Program-made: the position numbers and the translations under genes
The notes under the pieces: model-generated
Databases searched by the model: none
What the model saw: only the letters and a program-made list of their open reading frames with translations
Told to the model about the DNA's origin: nothing
Shown here: piece by piece, positions 45,300 through 57,790 of the stretch
How the letters are laid out: every line of letters begins with the position of its first letter
How positions within the stretch are numbered: the stretch's first letter is position 1
From: Diplonema japonicum
Lineage: Eukaryota; Protista; Euglenozoa: Diplonemea
Reading direction: 5' to 3'
Assembly (NCBI GenBank): GCA_964019335.1
Contig: OZ025659.1
Location: 62,001 to 126,000 of the forward strand
DNA length: 64,000 bases

Positions 45300-48200
45300 T
45301 CACTGAACCGAGCAGGATGTGGGCATGCAAGCATCGACGTGGTACTTCGGCCTGTCCTCGATTTCTGCATCGTACAGAAGAACAGGGTCGCAGACGAGGC
45401 AGCTCGGCATCACGGTTCGGAGGGGCTTGAAATAGCAAACCCGTTCGCCGTTCTTCGGAAATGTGATCATGTGCGAGAAGTAAGGTATAAGCGTGCCCCA
45501 CTTCGGATGCTTCGAACCCTTCTCCTTGTAGGCAAGGGCGAGCTTGAGAAGCTCCTCGTTAACCAAGTCATCGCGGATGTGTTCCTTCATGCTACAGTGA
45601 TTGGGAGGCTCCGAACCACTATGAGAAAGACGGTAATCAGTTACATAAAGTGAATACGCTGTCTTAAGATCCGCAAGAAATTCCTTCGTCTTTTCATTGG
45701 CCTCCCTGTCAAGTTCCGCTCCCGCAGAATAATTATACGACGATGTGATGAAAGCTAACATATTATGAATCTCAGGTACAGACAGGGCACCCGAGCAATC
45801 GGTGTCGTAGAACGAGAAAAACACCTTCACGAACATGTCGCCCGCTATATTTCTTACCTTTTCGGACCCTGCGTCGATTTGCAGCTTCCCAATGGATTCT
45901 AGCACACCGTAGAGAAGCTCTTCGTGTGAAACCTCGCCGTTGTTGTCCCCGGCCTCGTCCAGACGGCGGAAAAGAATCTCCGCTTTTTTCTTGTCCGGCA
46001 TGCAGTACTGCTTCTGTAGAGAAAGACATGCTCCACAGAATGCGTCGTGGCATGTTTCGTCACCTGTTGAGACGATTTCACTGCACCCGACTGTTCCGTG
46101 TCGTGTTTTGCACATTGTGCACTTTGCGGCGGTGCCCTTCATGTTCTCCACGACCCCGCGTTCGTCGGGAGCGGCGGCTTCGCAGATTGCCCCGCCGCAT
46201 TTCATTTTCTCGCCCTTTGCGACGGCGCGTTTTCGCCACGCGGCGCGAAGGTTGATCTCGCAGCTGCCGTCTTTTTTAACCCCCGCGATGAAATTCTTCG
46301 GGATCTGCAGCCTTTTTATCTCCTGGTCGGCGAGGTCGATGCCACGTGCGGGGGCGTTTGTCTGTTTTTTTTTCCTTTTTTTTTCTCTTTTTTTTAAATT
46401 TGTAATAATACTCAAAGCAGGACAAACCCTCATGGAGGGCCGCCCTTGGGTGGGTTGGGAGGGGCATTCTAATAATAATAAAGAACCATCCCCGATACCT
46501 GATCCAAAAAACTCAAAAACCCATCTATCGTCATATCATCCGTGTCCTCACGACTGCTAAACGCTCTGGATGGCGGGTGGGGGGAAAAGAACAAAAAAAG
46601 AAATCCATACAAGAACAGCACAAACAACTCCTGAGGGGTCGGCTCCTGATGCGATCCAGGAGGGAGGTCGGTGAAAGGCGGCATAGACGTTGTGCAACAC
46701 GTCCATGTGACAGGCGAGCACGACGGGTACCCGTCGATAGGGTTGGACCCGGGCATGCACGGGAAGGCGGAAAAGCAAGAGATGAAAGGGGTGGGCTTCA
46801 TAAGCTTCCAGGTCGTGATGTGCGCGATGTTGGTGGCGAGGAATGCGAACTCCGACCCGGGACACTCCGCCACCTCGCAGAGTATGTTTGCAAGGAGACG
46901 TTTAGAGACAAGCGAGAGGTCGCCGCCTGCGTCTGTCTGTATGCCGAACAGCTTCTGGTTCCTGTCGTCGTTCAACCGTTCAAAGAGAAGCCCTACGTTC
47001 TCCACGGCAAGCTCCGCATCCCCAGCACCGAGGACACGGAACATTCGCTTCAGTTCCCCTTCGTCCATGTACCCGCTTTCATCAGCATCGAAGGCTTTGA
47101 AAACCAAATGAGCTTGAAGCAAAGCTCCCGTCCTTACCTCAGGCGTTATCGTAGGTGGCTTGTACTCTCCCATGAGTTTGAACAAAGCTTTGCATAGTTC
47201 GAAGCATGTTACGGCACGCGGCCCGCATGGGTGTTGCCTTCCCCCCCTCGCTAACATCACCTTTTCCAAAACTCTTTGGAAAAGTTTCGTAGATTTCTTC
47301 CCGCTCCAATGTGCGTATTTCCACCATTCCCCTGCAGGAGGTGGTTTTTGTGTTCGTTCCCGCTCCCATTCTTCCCCGACGAGTTCGTCTGGGCAGTGCA
47401 CGAACGTGCAAACAGGGCACCCTGGGAAGAGTCCGCCATCATCTGGACCTCCTAGAACAACACCATTTGTGTACTCCCCAGTTAGGGAGTATCCTTTGTA
47501 GTTCTGCCTCATGTTCACCCGGTTCGCGTTCGGGTTGACCATCCTCTCATCCTCGATCTCATGGCTTGGGTCGCCCGCAACGTCAGTAGTGAACCAGTTC
47601 ACAGCGGTACCATTGTAGTAACAAGGTGCCTTGCCCGCGTACTCCTTAAAGTCCATTATATCAATGGATTCGAGGTGGGTTTGACAGGACGAGAAGAATC
47701 GGAAAAGGGAATACAGCTCCCACGGGTGGTACTCGGATTGGAACGGGCGAAGGCCTCCTGATGATTCCTTGACCCACGATTCCATTTCGAGTTGTAGATC
47801 AACAGGGTCGGAGGGAAGGCGGATGGCTGATGAAACACACGATCTTGCCGACGATCGGCTCATGGCACGTTCCCCTGTACGTGGTACATTCGCCCATGTG
47901 TTGGAACGGGTTGTGGAGGGAAGGGAAGATACAGATGAAGATGCAACCGAAGACACCGGCGACAGGAAAACCGAGACTTTCCTTCTCACGACATGTCGTA
48001 TAGATACCTTTACGGCGAAGGGCCGCCCGGATCTGGAATGCGACCGGTACGTGTGAGAGGCACCGTGAAGCGTTCTCTCTGAGATGGCGGGCATTCTAAA
48101 GATAAGCGGTTCCACGTATGGCTTCTTGCCCTTTAGTACAGTGATGACAACCTGGCCCTTTGCCGGTGTTATGCATTTCAGCCTCGTCGGCTCTTTCCAC

Positions 48201-48541
48201 TTTGCGCCGCCTTCGTTTGTGTACCCCGTCCCGCACTCCACCTCCACGCCGTTGTACTCCACTGTGTACGTGTGTTTTTCGCCGTCCAGCGGGACGCCTC
48301 CGTCGAGGCATCTCAACGATGAGACCTTCACCTCCAAATCCACGTCTTCCACGTTGTCATTGTAAAACGCTTCCGACCCTTCCCCCGAAGCGCTCGAGGA
48401 GGACCTGGAAGTCGCCCTTCCCCCTTCCCCCGAACCGTAGCTCGGGACCGGGGATATCCCGTGGGACGGAATTTTCTTTTTTCCCCCCCTCTCCTTTTTT
48501 TTTGTGTGTGTTGTTCGACCATCCCCTATAGTGGGTCTCAA
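45300..48541 (-). CDS. Large multi-EF-hand protein with C2-like and Cys-rich segments (two ORFs probably joined by splicing; 5' end uncertain)
   Basis: EF-hands FDADESGYMDEGEL, LDEAGDNNGEVSHEEL, YDTDCSGALSVPEI. A phase-0 GT..AG intron at about 46363-46498 would fuse FLDQ|TNAPARG. Confidence 0.6.
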
Positions 48542-48720
48542 CGAGTTGAGGTCTTTTTTTTGTTTTTTAGACTCCTGCGGCTAGTAGCTGTGAAACGAAT
48601 CGGTTTTCGCATCATTTTCGCAAATTTAGGGCTTCAAAAACCAAAGGCCGATTCGCCATCACTACTATTCTTATAGTGGGTCACAACGAGTTGCGGTCTT
48701 TTCTTTGTTTTTGACTCCTG
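48527..48720. repeat. Imperfect ~50-bp direct repeat (48527-48577, 48672-48720)
   Basis: TATAGTGGGTCWCAACGAGTTGMGGTCTTTT...GACTCCTG occurs twice, flanking a CGAATCGG/CCGATTCG stem. Confidence 0.75.
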
Positions 48721-49400
48721 TTGTAAGTAGGTAGAGGTGTCTCTCGGCGAATTACATTCATGGGTTCTACCAACCAAACACAAGGCACAGCAAGTACGGA
48801 CAAAAAAAAAAAAAGAGAAAAAAAAAAAAGGGAACCCAACAGTAACGAACACCAGCAGCGTAAACTGGTGCCGCTCTCGGGAAGAAAACATATAAGGGGG
48901 GAGGGGGGGATGCAGTGAGGGGCCTGCAGTTAACAGAGTCATTCGACTACTGCGTAGACCGATCACATGTGTAGCTAATAATTAGAAGGAAAAAAAAAAA
49001 AACGAAACACGCCATCAAGCAGAGGGCGTTTCGATGGAAAATGTGGGGGGGAGGGGGGGAGAGAAAGGTAATAATTCAAACAGAACCATAGAGCTGCAGG
49101 CAGGGCTCCCCCTACACCGCAGCCCTTGAAAAGGTGTCTGTAAAACAAAAAATAAAGGGGGGAATAAGGAGGGGGGGGAAAACAAACATTTGTTTTGTAT
49201 ATTTGCAAATATTTTTATCTCCCCCCCCCTTGCACCTTTTGACGTGTCGCATCCGCGAGCATCTTAAAAGGATCTTAAATATTAGGGTAGGGGGGGATGG
49301 GGATGCCTCCCAAAGAGAACCCAATTAAAAAAATAATGAGTCACAAGAGCTGCTAAATTTAAAAAAAGAAAGAGAAAAAAAAAAATGTCATCTAATATTT

Positions 49401-50444
49401 CTACCGAGACATGAAGTTGGGGTCGTAGGTGGGCATGTACATGTCACGTTCATCATCGACGCACACCTTGCACTGCTGGACCCAAGGCCCCTTGGGCGTG
49501 TGGGGGTTCCCACCGGGTCCCGGGCGGTGCACACGGTCAGGACCCTGCGACCTCGCTGGGCACAGCACACGGTTGCACGTCTGCGCCACAGAGTCCCACT
49601 GGCACTCATCAGGGAGCTCCGTGGCACACATCGCCTCGTCGTACCCGCTGCAGTGCGCAGTGGCAGGGCTTGTCGCAAACCAAGAAAGCTCCAAGAGACC
49701 CTTAGGAGCGATGGTGTACCCAGTGTCCCTCACACCATGCTCGTCGATCTGCTTGTGGTACACGATGACACCATGCTCATGGGTGGGGACAGTCTGGTCA
49801 AGCTGGAACTTCACATCGCAGGAGTAAGGCTCCCATCCATCGGCAAGGAGGTCCACCACGAAGTTGTCCCCATTGGAAAAGGTGCATGGGGGGCACCTGT
49901 AGATGAACGCGAAGAGGTCGCACTTGTTGCCTTCTCCGCTGTATCCCGCTGGGCAGTCGAAGCCCAGCTTGAACCCCTGCCCTAAAAACACATTGGGGAC
50001 CTGCCCCAAGCGTCCCACCAACGACGTTGGGAAGTTCAGGAATGCGGATTTTGGGATGTCGGGCCAACCCCATCTCATGCCGTTGGAATCAGGGAGGTTC
50101 GTGAGGGCCTGCGCGGCAAGGCTGTGCCGTGTGCCCGAGGTTCCAAGGCTGGCTGCCGACACGATATTGGCAGCGCTGACGGCACCTGTAGTGTAAGTGA
50201 TGCATCTGGGCAGTTCGGTAGGCTCTTCCCCTTGTTTGTAGCAAGCAGGGATGTAGCACCTCGCCTCCTTGCTTCCAAACATCTTCCAGCAGGTCTTTTT
50301 GTCATATGTGAGTGTGGCCATGCACACGGGCACATTGTCGGCAGTACGCTCAGCGCACACATCATCAACATTGATGAACAGCTTGTGGTCAGTGGCAGCT
50401 GCGGTCGCTGTGAACACAGCTGCGAAGAGCATGGGTTTCATCAT
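49401..50444 (-). CDS. Secreted Cys-rich hypothetical protein
   Basis: Signal peptide MMKPMLFAAVFTATAAA; many Cys, with a PSI-like C....C.W.....C near the C-terminus. Confidence 0.8.
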   Translation of the reverse strand: MMKPMLFAAVFTATAAATDHKLFINVDDVCAERTADNVPVCMATLTYDKKTCWKMFGSKEARCYIPACYKQGEEPTELPRCITYTTGAVSAANIVSAASLGTSGTRHSLAAQALTNLPDSNGMRWGWPDIPKSAFLNFPTSLVGRLGQVPNVFLGQGFKLGFDCPAGYSGEGNKCDLFAFIYRCPPCTFSNGDNFVVDLLADGWEPYSCDVKFQLDQTVPTHEHGVIVYHKQIDEHGVRDTGYTIAPKGLLELSWFATSPATAHCSGYDEAMCATELPDECQWDSVAQTCNRVLCPARSQGPDRVHRPGPGGNPHTPKGPWVQQCKVCVDDERDMYMPTYDPNFMSR

Positions 50445-51130
50445 TTTTTTTTTTTTTTTTTCGTAATCTGTGCAAGGGTATATTGGGAAGAATTGTATAA
50501 GAACAAAGAAAAGGGGGGGAAAAGAGGGGGAAAGCTAGGAAGAAAGGAAAAAAAAAAAAAAAGAAAAAAGAAAAAAGTAAAAGAAAATGGAACTTTTTGC
50601 TTCGGAGTAAAAGAAAAAAAAAGGGGGGGGGGAAACCATAAAAAACTAAGGAGAATGACAGCGACGAAGAAAAAGAAGAAGAAAAAAAAGGAAAAAAAAA
50701 GAAGAAGAAAAAACCTCACTTCTCGGTGAAACTATCTTCCTCTCCCCCCCCCCCCCCCCCCCCCACCAATCACCAATGCGTTCAGCCATCATCGTCTGTG
50801 TTCCTTTCCCCCATATCACCCCTACTCTCCCATCCCTCCTTACTGCCTCTCGCCCTCTTTTTACCGAACAGTAATAACAAAGAAAAAAAAAAAGAGAAGA
50901 CAAAAAAAAAAAGAATAAGAAAGAAAAGGTTTAGAAATTATGCCAATTAGCCCACCTTTTCTTCTTTTTTTTTTTCTTTTGTGATCCCTTTTTGTTTTTC
51001 CGTTGTTTTAAAAAAAAAATAAAATAAAAATGCCGGTGTGTGAGATGCGAAGAAAAAGACAGAAAGAAGAGAAACGGGAGGGGAAGAGGAGAGGGAATTT
51101 AACAAAAAAAAAAAATAATAATAATTATAA

Positions 51131-52582
51131 TCACTCTTCCTGCTCTGACATCTGCATAGCGGCCATTAGAATCTGCTGCGCCATGTTATCGAAAGTTGTT
51201 TCGAGCTGTGTCTGCCCGAGGTTCATGGAGAACGCCGAAAGCTGCTTCTCACCGCAAACCTCAAGGAACGCTGCCATACCCGCTTCGCTGGATATCTTAT
51301 GCCAACCGTCTTCAACCGAAACAGTTTTCTCAGCCGTTTCCTGATATTTCCCAACACCAGTTGAAATGGCCTTTGTAAGGGTGTCAGTAATGTTGTTGCG
51401 AAGCGCTGGGACGGATATCGACGTGAAACCATCGTTGATTAAATCTGCGATCATGTGCATTTGGGACAATAGTGCAGGGCCGTCGGCGGGTTTTCCAGCA
51501 ATGACCTTCGGCTTGGATTTTGTCAGGATCAGGTGAAGAAGCTCCCCGACTTGCTTCACAAACTTCGGGTTAAGCTCCGCTTCCGTCACTTTGTGAAAAT
51601 CGTCTGATGACAAAGTGTCGTCGTCAGCAGACCGGCACACTCCAAAAGCGGTTACATTGGGAATAGCTTCTTTTATCTGCTTTCTCGTTTGGTTCCTTGC
51701 AGTGTATCGTGTTGAAGCATGTTCTGATTCGTCGTACGCCATGATCTTTTCAAGCTTCTCGGGAAGCTGATCGCGAATCCTTGCGGAACAGTCCCGCACT
51801 AAAAACCGGAGTGTCGGTGGTAGGAACGATATTTTGTCCAATGCTCTGTTAACGGATTCACCTGTATCGCCAGCTGCTTGTTTGATACGGGGGTCGATCA
51901 AAGCGTCGCTTCTCTGTTGCAACATGTCAATGAGCGACACGATCGGTTCTAGTGAAACGAAGGGATCGTGAATGGTTGTGATCTGTTGCACCATGCACTC
52001 GGACGTCATCGACATTAGAAGGGAGAGCATTTCGGTGTCAAAACCTGCTTCGCCTTCTTTGCCTTGGAAATCGAAGAATGCGAAGGATTTCCCTTCATAC
52101 ACTAACGGTTCAGACCACATCCAGATGCCTTGCGTGAAAGAGTCGGAGTTGGGGTCCACGTGGAACCGTGGGGAGCCGTCGTCCTTCAGCAGCCCGAGGA
52201 GCTGGTTCAACAGCAAACTCTTACCTTGGCGGATGTCGCCAAATATCGCTGTGGAATGCACCGGGGCTTTGAATTTCGACAGGATCTCCAGGGCATCTTC
52301 TGTCGCCTCAAATCGATGGTGTCCTGAGTCGTACTTCCATATCTGAACGGGCCTGCCTTCGCTGACGTCCAGCTTGTCGGGGATGTCTTCCGGGAGGGTA
52401 GTTCTCTTTCCGTCCGTCCACTCCCATTTCACTTTTCTATACCTATTCTTCGGGTTGTACCCTCCCTCTCCCGGGCATGTGCAGAGCCCGCTTGGAGGGG
52501 GAAGAAACGGGACGTCGGTGTACACTCTACCGCATTCCAAGCAGCGCAGCGTTCCAAGCTCCTTGACAGGTACTGCGGCCAT
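51131..52582 (-). CDS. Guanylate-binding protein/atlastin-like GTPase (GB1/RHD3 domain)
   Basis: GDIRQGKSLLLNQL (G1), TQGIWMW (G2), DFQG (G3), LVRD (G4). Confidence 0.85.
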   Translation of the reverse strand: MAAVPVKELGTLRCLECGRVYTDVPFLPPPSGLCTCPGEGGYNPKNRYRKVKWEWTDGKRTTLPEDIPDKLDVSEGRPVQIWKYDSGHHRFEATEDALEILSKFKAPVHSTAIFGDIRQGKSLLLNQLLGLLKDDGSPRFHVDPNSDSFTQGIWMWSEPLVYEGKSFAFFDFQGKEGEAGFDTEMLSLLMSMTSECMVQQITTIHDPFVSLEPIVSLIDMLQQRSDALIDPRIKQAAGDTGESVNRALDKISFLPPTLRFLVRDCSARIRDQLPEKLEKIMAYDESEHASTRYTARNQTRKQIKEAIPNVTAFGVCRSADDDTLSSDDFHKVTEAELNPKFVKQVGELLHLILTKSKPKVIAGKPADGPALLSQMHMIADLINDGFTSISVPALRNNITDTLTKAISTGVGKYQETAEKTVSVEDGWHKISSEAGMAAFLEVCGEKQLSAFSMNLGQTQLETTFDNMAQQILMAAMQMSEQEE

Positions 52583-53004
52583 GTGGGAGGAGTTTTTTTC
52601 CTTTTTTTTTTTTTTTTTTTCCTTTTTTGAGATTATGAAAAAGATGAGAAACAAAAAATCTTTAAAAAAAAAGGGTCAGATGTATGAAGCAAAAAAAAGG
52701 GGGGAGGGGAAATGGGGGGAAAGGGGAAACACACTTAAACAACCAACAAAGAATGGGGGGGGGGGGGGGGGAGATAAGAAAAAAAAAGAGAAAAAAACAA
52801 CTACCTTTGAGGGAGAAAAAAAATATTATACGCTTTGTTTTATTTTCTCTCTTACTTTTGTCACACACCACCACCCACCGCCACTCCCTCCAATCATCTC
52901 TCTTCGGAAAAAAAAAAAAAAAAAGGGCAAGAATAAAAAACAGGGGAAAAAAAAAAAAAAAAAAAAAAAAAAAACACGTTTGTATTTCCCCTCCTCTTTT
53001 TTTT

Positions 53005-53941
53005 CTAACAATAGCGGTTGGGATCATCCTCGTCGAAGAGCTTGCGGAGATATTGGAGGCAGTCAACTTGGAAATCATCTGAATAAGTTTTTTTTTTTTG
53101 TTTTTTTCCCCCTTCTCCATCAATCATGAAACATACCCAACTTCTTCACACTATCGAACTTTGCCGCGGCCTCGCCAACCAATTTCCCATCCTCTTCAAC
53201 ACACGCCGCGAGGACCTCTTCAACAAGTTCTGCCTCGCGCGTGCCGGGGAAGTTGATGTCGTTGTCGCAGTATTTCTCAAGAGCTGCTTTGCAGTGTTCG
53301 ATTTGCGACTCAAGGTTAGCGTTCTTAATCGTCAAAAACCTGCACATCATGCACTTTAGGTAAAGGTCCTTAACATGGTACTTCATCGATCCATTGCGAA
53401 GGTAGTTCATCGCGACGGTCTCGTAGCATTGGACCGCTTCTTCGGGCATCGCCAAGCTTTCTGCGTAGATTCGTCCTATCTCGAGGGTTACACCGTTGGC
53501 TGATGTGACTTGTTCTTCCCCCTTGAAGAAATCAGCTGCTTTTTTGTAAGATTCGACTGCCTTGTCTAAATCATCAGATTCGACATAGTACTCTGCGAGT
53601 TCTTTCTGAAGCCTTGCGGCTTGCGTGAACTTTCCTTCGTCGCACAACAGGTCTACCGCTGTCTTGAAGCACAATACAGCGTCGTCGCACTTTACCTTTT
53701 TGTAGCACTTTCCTGCCTCCACCAGCATCTCTACTGATTCGTACTGGTCATCTGTGTGGTGCCTGCAGTCGGAGCACCGCATGAACGCGGTTCCGGCAGA
53801 CTTCCACTCCTTCGAGATTTTGAACTGATTCCCTGCCTTTTGGAACAAGTCGCCCGCCTCTTCGTACTTCCCCGACCCGAAGGAGAACCATTTTTTCAGC
53901 TTTTTTTCCGCTTGGTCGAACAGTTCTTGACCTTTACTCAT
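53005..53941 (-). CDS. SEC17: Alpha-SNAP (Sec17/NAPA); 2 exons
   Basis: AEKKLK..F..GSGKYEEA.DLF.KAGNQFKI.K.W..AG, YKKAADFFKGEE, F.GTRE. The intron leads to DDFQVDCL...RYC*. Confidence 0.92.
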
Positions 53942-54175
53942 TTTTTTTTTCCCTCTTTCAAATACCCCGCTTTCTTTTTTTTTGGGGGTCATTGAAAATT
54001 TTGAGCGGGGAAAAAAAAAAAAGAGAAAAAAAAGAGATGAGATAAAGGAAGTTCCTGTTTTGGAACGTCCCCCTTTGTCTCTACTTATCTACCCCCTTTC
54101 TCCCTTCTGGGGCCTCGGCCTTTCTTTCTTTTCGGCTGTGTTGCCTTTCTCAAAAGTAAAAAAAAGGACATTTAA

Positions 54176-55976
54176 CCATCTACCAACGAGCGTCTTTATA
54201 GAGACGATTTGAAAAAAAATCTTTTGCGCAAAGGGCTTTCAATGCAATACAGCTCGGCCACTTCTCGCATCCGGGGTCCTGCGCGGAAAATATGAAAAAT
54301 ATAAACTAAATGCTGCCCTAACTTAACAAGAAAAAGAAAAAAGAAAAAAAAACGCCAGCCCAAATTTACCCTTAAAAATCACTTCAAAAAAGGGCACCCA
54401 GAAAGAGGCCGGAAGAGGACATTATGAGTGATGGTAGCACGATGGCTCATCCCTATTATGCAATTTTGGTACGAACAGTGATTCTGATACGAATTCGACC
54501 GATTCCGAGTCACAGCAGGGTGATTGGACGGCAAAGCCGGAGCGGTTGGAAGGCATCCGGTTTCGTGAAGATCGGAATCCTTGTGGACCCTGTTTTGACA
54601 TCAGAGGCTCAACGACATTCCATATATTCTCCCAAATGCTCGCCCCAAACGTTATTTGGGTCATAATTTCGAACAATGTGGCAAATGCGGCTAAAAAAGG
54701 TGTTTCCCTGGATCTCAATGCTGCTTCTTTGCATACCTTCTTAGGTGTCCTTTTGTCGATGGACTTGGATATCATGCCAGATTATTCTGACTACTGGCGC
54801 GCTGGCTCCACGTCTCTCAACCACACCCCTAGGTACGCTGCTGTCATGTCAAGAGACCGCTTTTTGACTATTCTGGGAAATCTGTGTTTCCACAGCGAAA
54901 CAAACAAGCGTGCTGACTTCTACCTATCGCAAAGGCCTCCCGGAGATCACGGATGCAAAGAAGCGAGGCCGCAAGCCCAAGGACACGCATCCTGTGGCGA
55001 CACCCAGTTCCACCAGCACGTGAGCATCCTTTGCACCACAACGTGGCATGACATCAAGCCTGTGCGCTTTCTGTCGACGTTGGATGTTCTGGTGAAGTCA
55101 AATTTGACGTGTCGGCCAAAAGAGAATGAAAGCCGGAATGGACATCCCGCTCCCCACCAAGTCACCACAACACCGCAATGGGCGGAACCGACGCTGGGTG
55201 ACGCTGTGACAAAACGCCATAAACGTACCCTTATGACTTCGAAGTGGCCCCTGAAAGTATTTTCGTACTTGTTAGATAGATCTCTGGCAAATGCTTGGCT
55301 TGTTTGGAAAGAAGCATTGCCCCCCAACACCCTGAGTACGAACGACAGTGGATTCACGCCTTTCAAAGAGGCAGTCATCGAAGGGCTACTAGGGAGGCAG
55401 TCTAAACAACAGCTAAAGTCAACTACAGAGCAGGCTGCCCCAATACCATGCCCCGAAACACAGAACGAGTGCCCTGAGACCCCAATGCACCGCGATAGTA
55501 CCTTCTGGGACCATTTCCCCGAAAAAGTAGTGCAACATGCGGTGCAAGCATGGCAAGTCGAAATGACCCCAGTTCCAGTGTTCAACCTGCTTGGTACAAC
55601 TTTGCATGACTCCGTGCTTCAAAGACTACCACCTTGCCGGGGATACCCCCCAGAAACCCCTCTCGGGGTCAAAAAAGAAGTCCCCCAGCCCTGGGGCACG
55701 TACGAACCGCGTCAAGAAGGCCTTAAATAGCTTTTTACAGAATTTTACAGTCGATTTTTTTTGACTTGTTTTTTGTACCCCCTCTCGGGCACTTCAGGAA
55801 CGATATTTTTGACAATGCTGTGAGGGTGGGCCCTGCTGTGGGCACCCTCTCTCTAGAATTGGGACATCTGGAGGCATTTCCGGGGGCATATAGCCCCGGC
55901 GTTGCGCTAGAATAGCTTTTTTTGAAGTTTTGAAAATTTACCCCCTGGTGGGCAAAAATAGTCCGTTGGTAGATGG
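54176..55976 (+). mobile_element. piggyBac transposon (family B), internally deleted
   Basis: TTAA at 54172-54175 and 55977-55980; perfect 13-bp TIR CCATCTACCAACG; transposase relic inside. Confidence 0.93.
54424..55632 (+). pseudogene. piggyBac (DDE_Tnp_1_7) transposase pseudogene
   Basis: FLGVLLSM...DYW, MSRDRF..I...L.F, W.D.K.V.FLST, KW..KVF..LLD....NAW. The catalytic core is largely missing, and the Cys-rich domain (C..C.V.LC..PCFKDYH) is frameshifted with a stop. Confidence 0.88.
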
Positions 55977-56031
55977 TTAAAAAAAAAAAAAAAAAAAAAA
56001 AAAGCGTTGCTTCATCCCCCCCTCCTCCTCT

Positions 56032-57369
56032 TCACGGCATGTCGCAGTAAAGCGGGAATAGATAGTCGCCGTGCACCCGGGCGTGATTCAAGGAATACCA
56101 TTCTGTCGGGTGGGGCTGGTTGAGGACGTAGGTGGTGGTGTCAAGAAGTACAGCCTTGCACCACCAAATGGAGTTATTGTAGACAACAAAGCGTCCGACG
56201 AGCGGGAAATCGGCAGGAGAGAAGGAGTACCGGGCACCGTCGTGTAGGACACCGGAAATGTGGACGGACTCAGGGCCAAGCGTCACCGCAGAATGTGCAG
56301 ACCCACGGTTGTCCGGAGAAGCAGGATCGCTGTACGAAGTATCCCCCATGATGATGGTGAGGTCACGGTGTTTGAAGACACCTGGGCAATCCCCATGAGG
56401 CTGGTGACCGACTACGACCCTCTTCACATTATTTCGTTCCACATATTCCATCGTCTTTCTACAAGGTATTTTCGGCATCCCTCTGAACAGGAAAGACACG
56501 GTTACAACTGTCCTCAGTTTCATCGGAGCTGCAAATGTGTACCCCATCAGCCCCTCCCCACCCCTTTCGTAACGCTCGTTGAACTCGCTTCTCGATTTCC
56601 AATCTGAAATCTGTTTGTCAAGATATCCGTTCAATTTATTTTCCCACGTAAGCACATCGTCATAACGATCTCCTGGTGGACCGTCCTTCGGTGGTGGGTA
56701 CAACGAAACACCATCATAGGGTACGAAGCCGATGTTCTCAGAAGTCAGGCCGCCGTGTACGAACAAGGTCTCGCCCTGAAGAAGGATCAACCTCGCAGCT
56801 GTTAGGTACTTCCCGAGCACACCTTGAGGGGATGTTTCCTTCAGATACCGTTTCATTGTTTCCGCTGTGTCCTTCGTGCCCTCGGCGGCGAGAAGATCCG
56901 GACACCCCATTGTCTTCATCGTGATGTACTTGAAACGCGACTCAAGCGACGCATTATGTTTTGACACCCATTCATCCCATGTAGGTATACGACCGTTAGC
57001 CCAGAATGGGTACCCAGGAGGCCGGGCCGTGTCCTTCATTTCAGAGGTCAATCTGATTTTACATGTATCCCGGTTTCCTGCTATTAGAAACACCCGGTCA
57101 GGATGTCGTTTTTTGAAGTCGAGCAGTGATTTTAAAATTGCAAACCCTTCAGCGCTCTTGTCCATTACGTCCCCTCCGTATACGAAGGTGTCGCAGTCGT
57201 TCTTGAAGTTGATGCGGGCGTCTGGCCCTTGAGCTCTTTCCAGCACCGGGGATGCATCGATGCATGCATTGAAATATTGTTGATTGCCTTCCACATCGGT
57301 TATGAATGCGGTACGCGGTTCAGCCTTGAGCCTACATGTTGCTTGCAACAATCGCACGCCGCTCTTCAT
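56032..57369 (-). CDS. Calcineurin-like metallophosphoesterase with probable mitochondrial presequence
   Basis: TDVEGN, GGDVMDK, GNRD, FVHGG, VGHQPHG motifs. Confidence 0.85.
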   Translation of the reverse strand: MKSGVRLLQATCRLKAEPRTAFITDVEGNQQYFNACIDASPVLERAQGPDARINFKNDCDTFVYGGDVMDKSAEGFAILKSLLDFKKRHPDRVFLIAGNRDTCKIRLTSEMKDTARPPGYPFWANGRIPTWDEWVSKHNASLESRFKYITMKTMGCPDLLAAEGTKDTAETMKRYLKETSPQGVLGKYLTAARLILLQGETLFVHGGLTSENIGFVPYDGVSLYPPPKDGPPGDRYDDVLTWENKLNGYLDKQISDWKSRSEFNERYERGGEGLMGYTFAAPMKLRTVVTVSFLFRGMPKIPCRKTMEYVERNNVKRVVVGHQPHGDCPGVFKHRDLTIIMGDTSYSDPASPDNRGSAHSAVTLGPESVHISGVLHDGARYSFSPADFPLVGRFVVYNNSIWWCKAVLLDTTTYVLNQPHPTEWYSLNHARVHGDYLFPLYCDMP

Positions 57370-57790
57370 TGGCCTGAAAAAAGGGAGGGGAGAGGGAAGG
57401 GGGTGGGAGAAGTTACCGTAACAAGAACAACAAACGAAGAATGTGCGTGTGTTTTTTTTTTTTTCTTTTTTTGTAAAAAAAAAGGGGGGTTGGAAGAGAG
57501 GAAAATAAGCTAGCGAAATGACGACTGTTGCATATTATTATTACTGTAAAACGAAAAAATCGGGAAGAGAAAAAATATTGGGGCTTTTTTTTTCCCCCCC
57601 GGGGGGTTTGTCACTCCGGTATTTTTCACCACCGACAGATCGCAGCGTATTTACTCTCTTGCATGGTTCAGCAAGGAAGGCCCTCCTTCCTTTCTCCCAA
57701 GTGCTCCACACCTTCTTCATCACCGTGTGCGGTCTTCAGCCAACTCTCCTAGCTTCCCTCCGAGGGGTATATAAAAAAAACGCGGAATGC

